Source: Nanobdellota archaeon (GTDB lineage: Archaea; Aenigmatarchaeota; Aenigmatarchaeia; Aenigmatarchaeales; SZUA-1535). Taken from it: a stretch of DNA of 64,000 nt. Positions 39,240 to 48,537 of the stretch are shown one piece after another. The notes beneath the pieces were generated by a model. That model saw only the letters and a program-made list of their open reading frames with translations, ran no database searches and was not told the origin of the DNA. Position numbers and translations under genes: made by a program. Each line of letters opens with the position of its first letter. Position 1 is the first letter of the stretch. Where the stretch lies: positions 7-64,006 of the forward strand of contig DQVX01000016.1 in NCBI GenBank assembly GCA_015661515.1. The letters are read 5' to 3'.

Positions 39240-40084
39240 GATTAGGACCTGCAGGCATACCATTAAGCTGTAAAAAATGTGATACCATAAAAGGTGTTGA
39301 AAAAGTAGCAGAGCTTGGATTAAATGCAATGGAAGTAGAATTTGTTCGGGGAGTTAATCTAAGTAAAGAAAAAGCAAAAGAATTAGGAAAAGTAGCGCAG
39401 GAATTAGATGTAGCTCTTTCAGTTCATGCTCCTTATTATATAAACCTTGCATCTGAAGATGAGCAAAAAGTTAAAGCTTCTATGCAAAGAATTATAGATT
39501 CCTTAGAAAGAGCTGCTTTAATGAAAGCAAAAGTTGTTGTAGTGCATGCTGGGTATTATGGAAAGGATAAAGAAAGAGCTGAAAAAATGATTTTTAATGC
39601 TTGTAAAAAAATCTCGGAATATATTTCAAAAAAGAAATGGAAAGTTTTTTTGGGTTTAGAAACTACAGGAAGACAATCGCAATGGGGCACTTTAGATGAA
39701 ATAATAGCTTTATGTAAAAAGATAAAACATTGTATACCTGTTATAGATTTTGCGCACATATATGCAAGAAATGGCGGAAAAATAGATTACTCTGAGATAT
39801 TTGATAAAATTTCGGAATTAAAGCTTGAAGAAATACATTCTCATTTTTCTGGAATAAAATTTGTAAAAACTTTAACAGGTGGTGATGAAAGACAACATTT
39901 ACCAATTCGTGAATCAAAAGGCCCTGATTTTAAAAAACTTGCTAAAGGAATTTTAAAAAGGAAAATAAATATAACAATAATTTCCGAAAGCCCTATTCTT
40001 GAGGAAGACGCTCTTTATATGAAAGAGATTTTTGAAAAGCTTGGTTATAAATTTACAAAAACTAATAAAAATGATAGCCGTTAA
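39233..40084 (+). CDS. AP endonuclease family 2 (endonuclease IV-like) TIM-barrel protein
   Basis: 'VHAPYYINLAS', 'VVHAGYY', 'IDFAHIYAR' and 'HSHFS' metal-ligand blocks characteristic of Nfo-like enzymes. Confidence 0.6.
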   Translation: MLRLGPAGIPLSCKKCDTIKGVEKVAELGLNAMEVEFVRGVNLSKEKAKELGKVAQELDVALSVHAPYYINLASEDEQKVKASMQRIIDSLERAALMKAKVVVVHAGYYGKDKERAEKMIFNACKKISEYISKKKWKVFLGLETTGRQSQWGTLDEIIALCKKIKHCIPVIDFAHIYARNGGKIDYSEIFDKISELKLEEIHSHFSGIKFVKTLTGGDERQHLPIRESKGPDFKKLAKGILKRKINITIISESPILEEDALYMKEIFEKLGYKFTKTNKNDSR

Positions 40085-40117
40085 TTATTTAAATTCTTTT
40101 ATTTATAATTTCTTTAC

Positions 40118-40705
40118 GTGATTTTTATGAGCGAAATATATTTGCAAGCAGGAGCGCACATAGGTTTAAAGAGTAGAACAAAGGATATGAAAAAATTTAT
40201 ATTTCGTATACGCCAAGATGGGTTAAGCATAATAGATGTAAGTAAAATAGATGAAAGAGTAAAAGTTGCTGCTAAATTCCTTGCAAGATTTAATAAAATA
40301 ATGGCTGTTTCAAGAAAACCAAATGGACATAAAGCTGTAAAGATGTTTGCAGAAATTGTTTCTGGAAAAGCTATTATAGGTAGATTCCTTCCTGGAACTC
40401 TTACAAATCCTAATTTTGAAGAATATTACGAGCCTGATGTTGTTATAGTTACAGATCCTATAGCAGATAAACAAGCAGTAAAAGAGGCTGTAAAAATGCA
40501 TATTCCTGTAGTAGCTCTTTGCAGCACTTCTAATACACTTAGAAATATAGATTTAGCAATACCTTGTAATAATAAAGGTAGAAAATCTATTGCAACAATT
40601 TATTACATGCTTGCAAAAGAAGTTTTAAAAGCAAGAGGAGAAATAAAAAGCGATGAAGAGTTTAAGTATAGTGTTGAAGATTTTGAAATGAAAATAAAAT
40701 CATAA
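40118..40705 (+). CDS. rps2: 30S ribosomal protein S2 (uS2)
   Basis: '[34 protein letters not shown]' uS2 signature; 195 aa. Confidence 0.9.
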   Translation: MIFMSEIYLQAGAHIGLKSRTKDMKKFIFRIRQDGLSIIDVSKIDERVKVAAKFLARFNKIMAVSRKPNGHKAVKMFAEIVSGKAIIGRFLPGTLTNPNFEEYYEPDVVIVTDPIADKQAVKEAVKMHIPVVALCSTSNTLRNIDLAIPCNNKGRKSIATIYYMLAKEVLKARGEIKSDEEFKYSVEDFEMKIKS

Positions 40706-42019
40706 CTTTAATCCAAATTTTCTTAAAAACTTTATCATACCTCTACCTCTTATCATTTTTGCTATCTTTTTTGCTTGCTCATAATGTCTTAAAAGTTCTC
40801 TGACATCTTCTTCTTTTGTTCCAGAACCTTTGGCTATTCTTTTTATTCTTGAAGAATTTATTATTTCAGGGTTAGCTCTTTCTTCTTTTGTCATTGAATC
40901 TATTATAACACACCATTTCTTTATTTTCTCTTCTTCTTTACTTAAGTCAATACCTTTAGGCAGAGCCATACCTAATCCAGGAATTGCTTCTAAAATACTT
41001 GAAAGAGAACCCATTTTTCTTAAAGTAAGTAATTGTTCTTTAAAATCATTCAAATCAAATTTTCCGGTTTCTAATTTTTCTTGAAGTGTTTTTGCTTTTT
41101 CTTTAGAAATAACTTCTTTAGCTTTTTCTAAAAGGGCTTCGATATCACCCATTCCTATTAGTCTTGAAATAAACCTTTTTGGGTCAAAAACATCAAAAGC
41201 ATCAAGCTTTTCCCCAAAACCAATAAACTTTACAGGTGCTCCAGAAGTTGCACACGCAGTTAGTGCACCACCACCTTTTGCTGTACCATCAAGCTTTGTA
41301 ATAACTACTCCAGTTATACCTACAAGTTTGTGGAATTCTTCTGCTTGTTTTTTTGCAACTTGCCCTAAGTCTGCAGGAATTATTAAAAGAACTTCATCAG
41401 GGTTTATAGCTTGTTTTAATCTTTTAAGCTCTTCAGCTAATTCTTCATCTAACGCATCTCTTCCTGCAGAATCAAAAATTAATACATCAGCTTTCTTAAG
41501 TTTTTCTATACCTTGCTTAGCTATTTCTACAGCATCTTTTAGTTCTCGGGAAATGAAATATGGAACAGAAATTTGTTTTGCTATTTGCTCAAGTTGATCC
41601 ATAGCAGCTGGTCTATGGATATCACAACCTACTAATCCTGGTCTTAAACCGCGTTTTCTATACCAAAGTGCAAGTTTTCCTGCTGTAGTAGTTTTTCCTG
41701 AACCAAAAAGACCTATAAGAAGAATTTTACATGGTTTTAACAAAATTTCTTGTTTTTCTCCCACAAGCTTAACTAATTCATCATAAATTACTTTTATTGC
41801 ATGTTCTCTTTGTGTAAATCCAGGTAAAGGCTTTTCTTTAAGTATTCTTTCTTTAATTCTTTCTGATAATTTAAAAACAAGCTCTATATTAACATCTGCT
41901 TCTATTAAAATTTTTTGAAGATCTTTTATAATTTCATTCACAACTTTTTCATCTATATGCCCTGTACTAAGAAGTTTTTTCATTAACTCTCTTAAACCTG
42001 AAGCTAATTTTTTAAGCAT
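40700..42019 (-). CDS. srp54: signal recognition particle protein SRP54
   Basis: N domain, G domain ('[16 protein letters not shown]', 'DSAGR', 'TKLDG') and Met/Gly-rich M domain ('[12 protein letters not shown]'); 439 aa. Confidence 0.9.
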   Translation of the reverse strand: MLKKLASGLRELMKKLLSTGHIDEKVVNEIIKDLQKILIEADVNIELVFKLSERIKERILKEKPLPGFTQREHAIKVIYDELVKLVGEKQEILLKPCKILLIGLFGSGKTTTAGKLALWYRKRGLRPGLVGCDIHRPAAMDQLEQIAKQISVPYFISRELKDAVEIAKQGIEKLKKADVLIFDSAGRDALDEELAEELKRLKQAINPDEVLLIIPADLGQVAKKQAEEFHKLVGITGVVITKLDGTAKGGGALTACATSGAPVKFIGFGEKLDAFDVFDPKRFISRLIGMGDIEALLEKAKEVISKEKAKTLQEKLETGKFDLNDFKEQLLTLRKMGSLSSILEAIPGLGMALPKGIDLSKEEEKIKKWCVIIDSMTKEERANPEIINSSRIKRIAKGSGTKEEDVRELLRHYEQAKKIAKMIRGRGMIKFLRKFGLKL

Positions 42020-42074
42020 GAAAGGAGTTTAAACAAAAATATTTAAATATTTTGATAAAAAACTTTACTCATAT

Positions 42075-42171
42075 AGCGGGGTAGGGCAGCCAGGAGTGCC
42101 CGCCGGGCTCATAATATATTATTTAATGAGACACCCGGAGGTCGGTGGTTCAAATCCACCCCCCGCTACCA
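42075..42171 (+). tRNA. initiator tRNA-Met(CAT) with canonical 19-nt 37/38 intron; CCA encoded
   Basis: A1:U72 acceptor pair ('AGCGGGG/CCCCGCT'); three G-C pairs at the base of the anticodon stem ('CCGGG/CCCGG'); loop 'CTCATA|A' split by intron 42114..42132; T-arm 'GGTGG TTCAAAT CCACC'. Confidence 0.85.
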
Positions 42172-42172
42172 T

Positions 42173-42682
42173 TTAAACAACTACTATTTCAATAGGTTTT
42201 TCAAAAATTGTTTCTACAACTTGTTTTACTAAGTTTTCATCTATTCTTTTAACGTAGCTTTCAGGAATTCTTATTTTATATTTTATTTCACCATCTCTTT
42301 TATACAAAATATTAATACCTTCTATACTTGCAGGAAAAACTAAATTATTTAGAAATTCTTTAAGATCTTCACTAAATTCAATTACTTTTACAGGTTGTTT
42401 AAATTCTTTTGAAAGAAGTTTTGCTATTGTGCCGTTTCTGCCTATTATTTTAGAAGCATCTCCTTTACGCGCTATTATTATTATGTTTTCATTTGTTTTT
42501 ACTACTTTATAAATTTGTGCATCTTTAAGTACTTTGAATTTTTCTTTTAAAGATTCTAAAAATTTTGCAACTTCTATGTCTATTTTTTCAAGCTTACCTT
42601 TTCTAAGTTTTTCTTCACAAACAGGACAAAATACTTCTGATTTTAAACATATTTCACATATTTCTTTATGAATCGACGGCAT
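42173..42682 (-). CDS. RNA-binding protein with N-terminal C4 zinc ribbon and KH domain
   Basis: 'CEICLKSEVFCPVCEE' ribbon; 'KIIGRNGTIAKLLSKEF' KH GXXG loop; 169 aa. Confidence 0.5.
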   Translation of the reverse strand: MPSIHKEICEICLKSEVFCPVCEEKLRKGKLEKIDIEVAKFLESLKEKFKVLKDAQIYKVVKTNENIIIIARKGDASKIIGRNGTIAKLLSKEFKQPVKVIEFSEDLKEFLNNLVFPASIEGINILYKRDGEIKYKIRIPESYVKRIDENLVKQVVETIFEKPIEIVVV

Positions 42683-42740
42683 GAACTTTATTAAATATTA
42701 AAAGTTTATAAAAATTTAACCTAATAAAATCAAATAAGGT

Positions 42741-42917
42741 GCCGAGGTAGCTCAGCCTGGTTAGAGCGCCAGACTCATAAGCTTTGCTTATGAGTGATGA
42801 GTTTGCCGAGTAATGAGGCAACGATGAATAGCAGGCTGAGAACTGAGATATCTGGAGGTCGCGGGTTCAAAAACTACAGCCCTTAAACAAAGCTTGAAAC
42901 TCCCGCCCTCGGCACCA
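42741..42917 (+). tRNA. tRNA-Met(CAT) (elongator or Ile2-type) with two introns: 70-nt canonical 37/38 intron and 29-nt T-loop intron; CCA encoded
   Basis: Acceptor 'GCCGAGG/CCTCGGC' (G1:C72); D-arm 'GCTCAGCCTGGTTAGAGC'; anticodon arm 'CCAGA CTCATAA ... TCTGG' with intron 42781..42850; T-arm 'GCGGG TTCAAA[42872..42900]T CCCGC'. Confidence 0.8.
42794..42846 (+). ncRNA. box C/D sRNA embedded in the 37/38 intron of tRNA-Met
   Basis: C 'GUGAUGA' (42794-42800); 13-nt guide; D'-like 'UGAG' (42814-17); C'-like 'CGAUGAA' (42822-28); 14-nt guide; D 'CUGA' (42843-46). The spacing matches archaeal C-12-D'-x-C'-12-D architecture. Confidence 0.6.
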
Positions 42918-42943
42918 TTTTATTTTATTCCTTGCGCCGGTAG

Positions 42944-43068
42944 TCTAGTGGTAGGACCCCGGCTTCCCAAGCCGGTGACCCGGGTTCGAAAGAAAACAAA
43001 AATATAAAATAGAGATTGAAGTAATTTTTCCTTTATCTTTTTGGCCGAATCTCCCGGCCGGCGCACCA
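42944..43068 (+). tRNA. tRNA-Gly(CCC) with ~61-nt T-loop intron; CCA encoded
   Basis: Acceptor 'GCGCCGG/CCGGCGC'; anticodon arm 'CCGGC TTCCCAA GCCGG'; T-arm 'CCGGG TTCGAA[42991..43051]T CCCGG'. Confidence 0.75.
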
Positions 43069-43079
43069 TTTAATAGAAA

Positions 43080-43517
43080 TTACCAATGATACCTTGTTTC
43101 ACGTTTTTCTATTTTTTTCTTTCTTTTTTTCCAACCTTCTATAATTTTTTCAACAATATCTATAATTTCATATTTTGCATTATTCCAGAATTCTTTAATT
43201 TTTGCTAACCATTCGGCTTTCTTTTTATCATTCATTTCTATACTTATCAAAAACTCTTCATTTAAAAGTACTTGGAGTTCTCGATAAAGTTTAGAAACAA
43301 TTTTTTTATCTTCTTCTGAAAGAAACGAGCGTTCAACAAAAGTTTTATAAGATTCACCTAAAAGCAAAGCTTCAAAATAATCTACAACTTTTTTAAGTTT
43401 GTTATTAACAGCTTTTATAACATCTTCCACACTATTACCTTCTACTTCAAAATTTTTCTTTATCCACGCAAATTCAGGAGCTTTAGGATATCTTTTTCTA
43501 AAAGTTTCATATTTCAT
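43080..43517 (-). CDS. hypothetical protein (145 aa)
   Basis: ORF only; helical, Lys/Glu-rich. Confidence 0.4.
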   Translation of the reverse strand: MKYETFRKRYPKAPEFAWIKKNFEVEGNSVEDVIKAVNNKLKKVVDYFEALLLGESYKTFVERSFLSEEDKKIVSKLYRELQVLLNEEFLISIEMNDKKKAEWLAKIKEFWNNAKYEIIDIVEKIIEGWKKRKKKIEKRETRYHW

Positions 43518-43552
43518 GAAATTATTAATTAAATCAAAACCTTATAAACTTC

Positions 43553-44035
43553 ATGCATTTTTATTCAAAAATTTACAAGGAATGGATGGAAAAAACACAA
43601 CAAGAAAAAATAAGAAAAATACTAAAAATCTCTAAGCCATATGGTAAAATTCTTGATGTAGGCTCTGGCTTTGGCGTGCTTGAAAAGTTTATAAAAGCAA
43701 TAGCAGTTGATATAAATGAAGAGTATTTAAAAATTGTTCCAAGCAAACACAAAATAAAAGCTTCAGGTGATGCATTACCTTTTAAAAGCAATAGCTTTGA
43801 TTTTGTTTTTTGTATAGATACAATTCATTTGTTGAAAAGTCTAAAAGAAATTAAAAGAGTTTTGAAAAGACATGGAAAGCTTGTAGTATCGATTTTTTGT
43901 TTTGCACAAAATATTGAAGAAAAAGCTGAATGGCTTGAAAATATTGTAAAAAATAGTGAAATGAAAATAAAACATAAATTTTTAGTAAAAACAGAAAAAG
44001 AATGGGATTTTGTAATAATTGCAGAAAAGGTTTAG
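43553..44035 (+). CDS. class I SAM-dependent methyltransferase (type 11)
   Basis: 'ILDVGSGFGVL' motif I; 'FDFVFCID' motif II/III; 160 aa. Confidence 0.7.
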   Translation: MHFYSKIYKEWMEKTQQEKIRKILKISKPYGKILDVGSGFGVLEKFIKAIAVDINEEYLKIVPSKHKIKASGDALPFKSNSFDFVFCIDTIHLLKSLKEIKRVLKRHGKLVVSIFCFAQNIEEKAEWLENIVKNSEMKIKHKFLVKTEKEWDFVIIAEKV

Positions 44036-44799
44036 TTCAAAATTTCTTCAATAGATTTTAAAACAAGCTTAGGCTCATTTATTCCACGTGCTTTAAGATA
44101 TTCTATTGTGCTATCTTTTCCTGTTGTAACAAGCACAGTAGTATAGCCAAGCATATTTCCAAGTGCTATATCAGAATCGCATTCATCACCAAATAAAACA
44201 GTTTTTTTAGGATCGAGATTAATGGATTCAAAAACCTCGACCATATACTTTGAAGGAGCACCAAGAAGTTTAGATTTTTTTCCTGTAGTAAGCTCTATAA
44301 CTTTTGCAATAGCTCCTGTTCCAGGAAGAATTTTATTGCCATTAATAAATATATTGCTTTTTGATGTTTTAAAAAATGATGCGCCTTTCATTATAAATTC
44401 TACTGCCATAGAAAGCTTTTCGTAATTTACAGTTCTGTCCATTCCTACAAGCACAACTTCAGGATTAGAGCTTGTAACCTTTATTCCCGCTTTCCTCAAA
44501 TCTGTTATAAGTCCTTCCCCTATGCAGAAAACTTTTTTATTTTTCAAAATTTTTGTTGCTGGAATAGAAGGGTTAATTATATGGTTTGGTTTAACATCTA
44601 TTCCAAAATTTTGAAGTTTTTTTGCATATCCATCTCGCGTAAGCAATGTATTATCTGTTACAAAATATACTTCTTTTCCCAAGCGTTTCAAAATTTGATA
44701 AACTTTTTCAAAACCTTTTATAAGCTCTGTCCATTTCCAAACAGTGCCGTCTAAATCAAAAATAAAATTTTCAAAATTCATAAAAAATTTTTTAAGCAT
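44032..44799 (-). CDS. HAD-IIA family hydrolase (NagD-like sugar phosphatase)
   Basis: 'FIFDLDGTVW' motif I and 'VLFGDECDSDIALG' motif IV; 255 aa. Confidence 0.75.
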   Translation of the reverse strand: MLKKFFMNFENFIFDLDGTVWKWTELIKGFEKVYQILKRLGKEVYFVTDNTLLTRDGYAKKLQNFGIDVKPNHIINPSIPATKILKNKKVFCIGEGLITDLRKAGIKVTSSNPEVVLVGMDRTVNYEKLSMAVEFIMKGASFFKTSKSNIFINGNKILPGTGAIAKVIELTTGKKSKLLGAPSKYMVEVFESINLDPKKTVLFGDECDSDIALGNMLGYTTVLVTTGKDSTIEYLKARGINEPKLVLKSIEEILN

Positions 44800-44846
44800 A
44801 ATTTTAGTTTCAACTCAAAGAATTATATAATTTATTTTTCAAAATT

Positions 44847-45929
44847 ATGATTATGATTAGTGATTTATCTTTGCTTCACGGAATTGCAGAAAAAATAAAA
44901 AAACTTGAAACAAATAGAGAAAAGTTGGGGATATTTCTTAAAGAGATAAAATACGATGTTGACATTTCTGGTGGTGATGTTCTTGAAAAGAAAATTTCTT
45001 ATCCTATTAAAGAATTTAAGGGAAGAATAAAAATATGTGCTACTGATGGTGGAAGTATTCAAAATTCTTATCATGGTTTAGATATAATACTTGTAAGAGC
45101 TGTAAGTGTAATAGCAGAATATTCTCAAGGAAAACTTGAAAACATAGCATATTTTCCAAATGCTTTTCCTCAACCAGATATAGAAATAGTTTTTGATCCT
45201 TTTACAGATGAAGAATTTCTTTTAAAATCATCTCTTATAAGACAAAAAAAGGAAATACTTACTACTATAGAAGCTGTTAAAAGATTTAACCCTGATATAG
45301 TGCTTCTTGACGGCTCTATAGTTCCACATCCTTCTTCAAAACCACAAAAAAATTCTGTGCTTTATCAAAACTATTTAGAAGTAATAGAAAACCTTGAGAA
45401 ACTTTACTCTATTCCTTTTTTAGCTGGTTGTTCAGAAGATTCAAGAGGAAGAAAATTTTGTGAAATTATTTCTGAAAAAATACTTTCTTGTATAGAAAGC
45501 CCTTTAGTACCAGAACTTAAAAAAATATTAAAAGGTACAAGAGATACGAATTTGTTATATCATGTTTTAGATGTAGGAGAAAGAACGTGTGTGTTTCGAT
45601 ATGGAGATTCACCTGTAATAAAAGATATTGGAGAAAAAGGAAAAAACATTTATACATTCTACATGAAACCTGCTGAATTTGATAGACCTTTAAGAATAGA
45701 TTTTTATGCAGAAAAAGATGTGATTAAAACAGCAGAAAAATTAGCTTCAATAATTCATATGCTCTGTTGTCATTCTTCATATGCTTTTCCAGCACCTTTA
45801 GTAGAAGCGGATTTAAGAGCAAAGCTTAAAGAAATAGATATAGAAGTTGTACATAAACATTTAGTAGATATTACAGGTTTATTACCTTCACTAATGAAAC
45901 TTAGAAGGGAAACTAGACCTTTTAGATGA
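44847..45929 (+). CDS. nurA: NurA 5'-3' DNA nuclease
   Basis: 'ICATDGGS' and 'IVLLDGSIV' acidic motifs of the RNase-H-like NurA fold; C-terminal 'PAPLVEADLRAK' is the NurA signature. Confidence 0.65.
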   Translation: MIMISDLSLLHGIAEKIKKLETNREKLGIFLKEIKYDVDISGGDVLEKKISYPIKEFKGRIKICATDGGSIQNSYHGLDIILVRAVSVIAEYSQGKLENIAYFPNAFPQPDIEIVFDPFTDEEFLLKSSLIRQKKEILTTIEAVKRFNPDIVLLDGSIVPHPSSKPQKNSVLYQNYLEVIENLEKLYSIPFLAGCSEDSRGRKFCEIISEKILSCIESPLVPELKKILKGTRDTNLLYHVLDVGERTCVFRYGDSPVIKDIGEKGKNIYTFYMKPAEFDRPLRIDFYAEKDVIKTAEKLASIIHMLCCHSSYAFPAPLVEADLRAKLKEIDIEVVHKHLVDITGLLPSLMKLRRETRPFR

Positions 45930-45935
45930 AACTTT

Positions 45936-46268
45936 TCATATATCAAAAATTTTATAAATTATTTCTATTACTGCTTTTTTTCCGCACTGAATTATTTCTT
46001 CCGCAAATTTATTTTTCTTAGTATCATCGATTTCGTTTAATTTTTCATCTAAAACTCTGATAACATCTTTAGTTCTATCGCTTTTTACACCAATTTTTCC
46101 TAAAATTTCTCTGTTTTCCTTTCTACTGAGAGAAAATATTACTGAAGAAACAATAACCTCTTCAGGTGTGTAACCTTTAGCAAATTTTTCCAATTTTTTC
46201 AATTGTTCTATAACTTCCTTTACAATTTTTCCATCCATATAATTAACCAAAAGAGATATATCATACAC
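45936..46268 (-). CDS. hypothetical protein (110 aa)
   Basis: ORF only. Confidence 0.35.
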   Translation of the reverse strand: MYDISLLVNYMDGKIVKEVIEQLKKLEKFAKGYTPEEVIVSSVIFSLSRKENREILGKIGVKSDRTKDVIRVLDEKLNEIDDTKKNKFAEEIIQCGKKAVIEIIYKIFDI

Positions 46269-46458
46269 ATCCTTTATAGCTTTTGCTCCTCTAAATCTTG
46301 AAATAAAGTTCCTATTTCCTCCAAAGGATAGTTTTTAGTATCTTTATTTTCAACAATTTATAATACGTTTTTTATTTAACTCAAGTTTTTCACATGTTTT
46401 TACCAATTTATAAACATTGGAAATAAACTTTAAGTAATTTTTTGTTTTATTTTTTATC

Positions 46459-47421
46459 ATGCTTCCAGTAAAAGATCTTGAAGCAAAAAAGCACATGCAA
46501 ATTAGCGAACTTTTAAAACAATTTTCTGTTTGTGGAGGTTTTACAGCAAAAAAGCTTGCAGATGGCTTAGAAATTATGAAAAAAATGCTTTCAGAAAAAG
46601 ATTGTACAATTTTTCTTTCTTTTCCTGCTTGCATAGTTGCAACAGGTATAAGAGGTGTGCTTAAAGAAATTATTCGAAGAAAATTTGTAGATGTTGTTAT
46701 AACAACATGTGGTACCTTAGATCATGATCTTGCAAGGATTTGGAAAGATTATTACCACGGTTCTTTTGCTTTGGATGATGTAAAATTAGCTGAACAAGAT
46801 ATTCATCGCATAGGCAATGTAATTGTACCGAAAGAAAATTATGGTGAAATTCTTGAGAAAAAACTTCAGCCTATGTTGAAAGAAATTTATGAAGAAAATA
46901 AAAATTTAGCAACTTATGAATTAGTTTGGGAAATAGGGAAAAGAATAGCAAAAGAAGAAAATGCGAAAGAATCTATAATTTATTGGGCATGGAAAAATAA
47001 AATTCCTATAATAATTCCAGGTATAACCGATGGTGCTGTTGGTGCTCAACTTTGGATTTTTTGGGAAAGCAAAAGAGATTTCGTAATAAATATAATGAAA
47101 GATGAACATTTGCTTAGCGATATGATATTTACTTCTAAAAAAACAGGAGCTCTAATTATAGGTGGTGGTATAAGTAAGCATCATACTATATGGTGGAATC
47201 AATTTAAAGGTGGGCTAGATTATGCTGTATATATTACAACAGCAGTAGAATGGGATGGCTCTTTATCTGGAGCACCTCCAAGAGAAGCTATTTCTTGGAA
47301 AAAACTTAAAGTAGAAGCAAAATATGTACAAATAGAAGGAGATGCAACAATTCTTTTGCCTTTACTTTTTTATGCACTTATCGATGAAATACCAGAGCGC
47401 TTGAGGGAAAAAACAAGCTAA
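46459..47421 (+). CDS. dys: deoxyhypusine synthase
   Basis: 'CGGFTAKKLADGLEIMKKML...CTIFLSF...GIRGVLKEIIRRKFVDVVITTCGTLDHDL' and 'REAISWKK...ATILLPLL' match archaeal DHS; 320 aa. Confidence 0.8.
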   Translation: MLPVKDLEAKKHMQISELLKQFSVCGGFTAKKLADGLEIMKKMLSEKDCTIFLSFPACIVATGIRGVLKEIIRRKFVDVVITTCGTLDHDLARIWKDYYHGSFALDDVKLAEQDIHRIGNVIVPKENYGEILEKKLQPMLKEIYEENKNLATYELVWEIGKRIAKEENAKESIIYWAWKNKIPIIIPGITDGAVGAQLWIFWESKRDFVINIMKDEHLLSDMIFTSKKTGALIIGGGISKHHTIWWNQFKGGLDYAVYITTAVEWDGSLSGAPPREAISWKKLKVEAKYVQIEGDATILLPLLFYALIDEIPERLREKTS

Positions 47422-48117
47422 AAATCCTGCGACAAATACAAAAAGTTTGTTAGAAAATATAATTATAATAGACATTATACTGACTGATAAAATAAAATTT
47501 AATATTCTCTTTTTTACTGTTGTTTGCTCTTTTAAATTTAAAAAATGCACAAAAACATGTGCTAAACCAAATCCTAAAAAAGCAGAACCTATTAAAGGAA
47601 GTTTAAAAATTAAATAAGGTGAAAGAAAAACAATTATTAAAGTTCCTATAGCAAGGGTTTTATTTTTCTTTTCTTCTTTGAGATTTTTTATTTTGTTATC
47701 AAGGAAATAAAAAATAAGAGCCAATGCTAATCCAAGCAATATTCCTACAATAATATCTTGTATATAATGAACTCCTAAAATTACTCGAGAAACAGCTACA
47801 AGCAATATTATAACTGCTGAAATAATATAAAATAATTTATTTTTGAGGTTTAATGCTAAATAGCTCCAAAAACTACTTGCACCAGCTGAATGGCCGCTAG
47901 GAAAACTATAGCCTTCTGCTTCTATTTTCCACAGCTCTTTTGGTGGTCGAGTAATTTTGAAAAAATCTTTTAGTACTTGCACAATTACTCCTGTGAGTAC
48001 ACTTAAAAGAAGAATTTTCCATCCTATTTTTCTGCTTATTATAAAATAAACAAACGCTACTAAAAAAATATATGTTTCACTATTCCCTAAGGTTGTTATT
48101 AATATCCAAAAATCCAT
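47362..48117 (-). CDS. PAP2-family (type 2 phosphatidic acid phosphatase-like) membrane phosphatase
   Basis: 'KITRPP', 'PSGHSAGA' and 'SRVILGVHYIQD' are the three PAP2 motifs; 6 TM helices. Confidence 0.8.
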   Translation of the reverse strand: MDFWILITTLGNSETYIFLVAFVYFIISRKIGWKILLLSVLTGVIVQVLKDFFKITRPPKELWKIEAEGYSFPSGHSAGASSFWSYLALNLKNKLFYIISAVIILLVAVSRVILGVHYIQDIIVGILLGLALALIFYFLDNKIKNLKEEKKNKTLAIGTLIIVFLSPYLIFKLPLIGSAFLGFGLAHVFVHFLNLKEQTTVKKRILNFILSVSIMSIIIIFSNKLFVFVAGFLACFFPQALWYFIDKCIKK

Positions 48118-48180
48118 GGAAAACTTTTTAAATTAAAAGTATTTATTTATTTAAAGATTAAGAAATATTAGAAAAAGCAT

Positions 48181-48339
48181 GGGCCCGTAGCTCAGCCTGG
48201 TAGAGCACCGGGCTTTTAGCGTTGAGCTAAAAGCTCGCTAAGCCGTAAGGCGATGGCGAAAGCGGAAGATACCCGGGAGTCGCGGGTTCAAAATTAAAAG
48301 TGGAAAAATTATTAAATGAAACTCCCGTCGGGCCCACCA
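48181..48339 (+). tRNA. tRNA-Lys(TTT) with two introns: 52-nt 37/38 intron and 30-nt T-loop intron; CCA encoded
   Basis: Acceptor 'GGGCCCG/CGGGCCC'; D-arm 'GCTCAGCCTGGTAGAGC'; 'CCGGG CTTTTA[48219..48270]A CCCGG'; T-arm 'GCGGG TTCAAA[48293..48322]T CCCGT' with a G:U closing pair. Confidence 0.75.
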
Positions 48340-48349
48340 ATTATGTTAG
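48298..48349 (+). repeat. direct repeat copy A (overlaps tRNA-Lys T-loop intron, 3' T-stem and acceptor)
   Basis: 'AGTGGAAAAATTATTAAATGAAACTCCCGTCGGGCCCACCAATTATGTTA' recurs at 48486..48537, with divergence confined to the acceptor/CCA-equivalent 7 nt. Confidence 0.8.
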
Positions 48350-48369
48350 CAGAAAAGGAGGTGAAAAAA

Positions 48370-48507
48370 ATGTGCAGATATAAGTCGATATATAATGGAA
48401 AATGCGAAAATACCTATTCACCGTATTATGGTAAAAAATGTAACGACTTTTTAGAAGCTGTATGTATTTATAGATGTAAAATTGATAGTGGAAAAATTAT
48501 TAAATGA
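48370..48507 (+). CDS. Cys-rich mini-protein (45 aa) between the repeats
   Basis: Strong RBS 'AAGGAGGTGA' 7 nt before the ATG; 'MCRYKSIYNGKCENTYSPYYGKKCNDFLEAVCIYRCKIDSGKIIK'. Confidence 0.45.
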   Translation: MCRYKSIYNGKCENTYSPYYGKKCNDFLEAVCIYRCKIDSGKIIK

Positions 48508-48537
48508 AACTCCTGTCGGGTGTAGCGATTATGTTAT
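48486..48537 (+). repeat. direct repeat copy B (degenerate copy of the tRNA-Lys 3' end)
   Basis: 'AGTGGAAAAATTATTAAATGAAACTCCTGTCGGGTGTAGCGATTATGTTA'. It is followed by an in-frame single-TM mini-ORF (MKLLSGVAIMLLEIITVIALILTASLIWF...). Confidence 0.8.
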
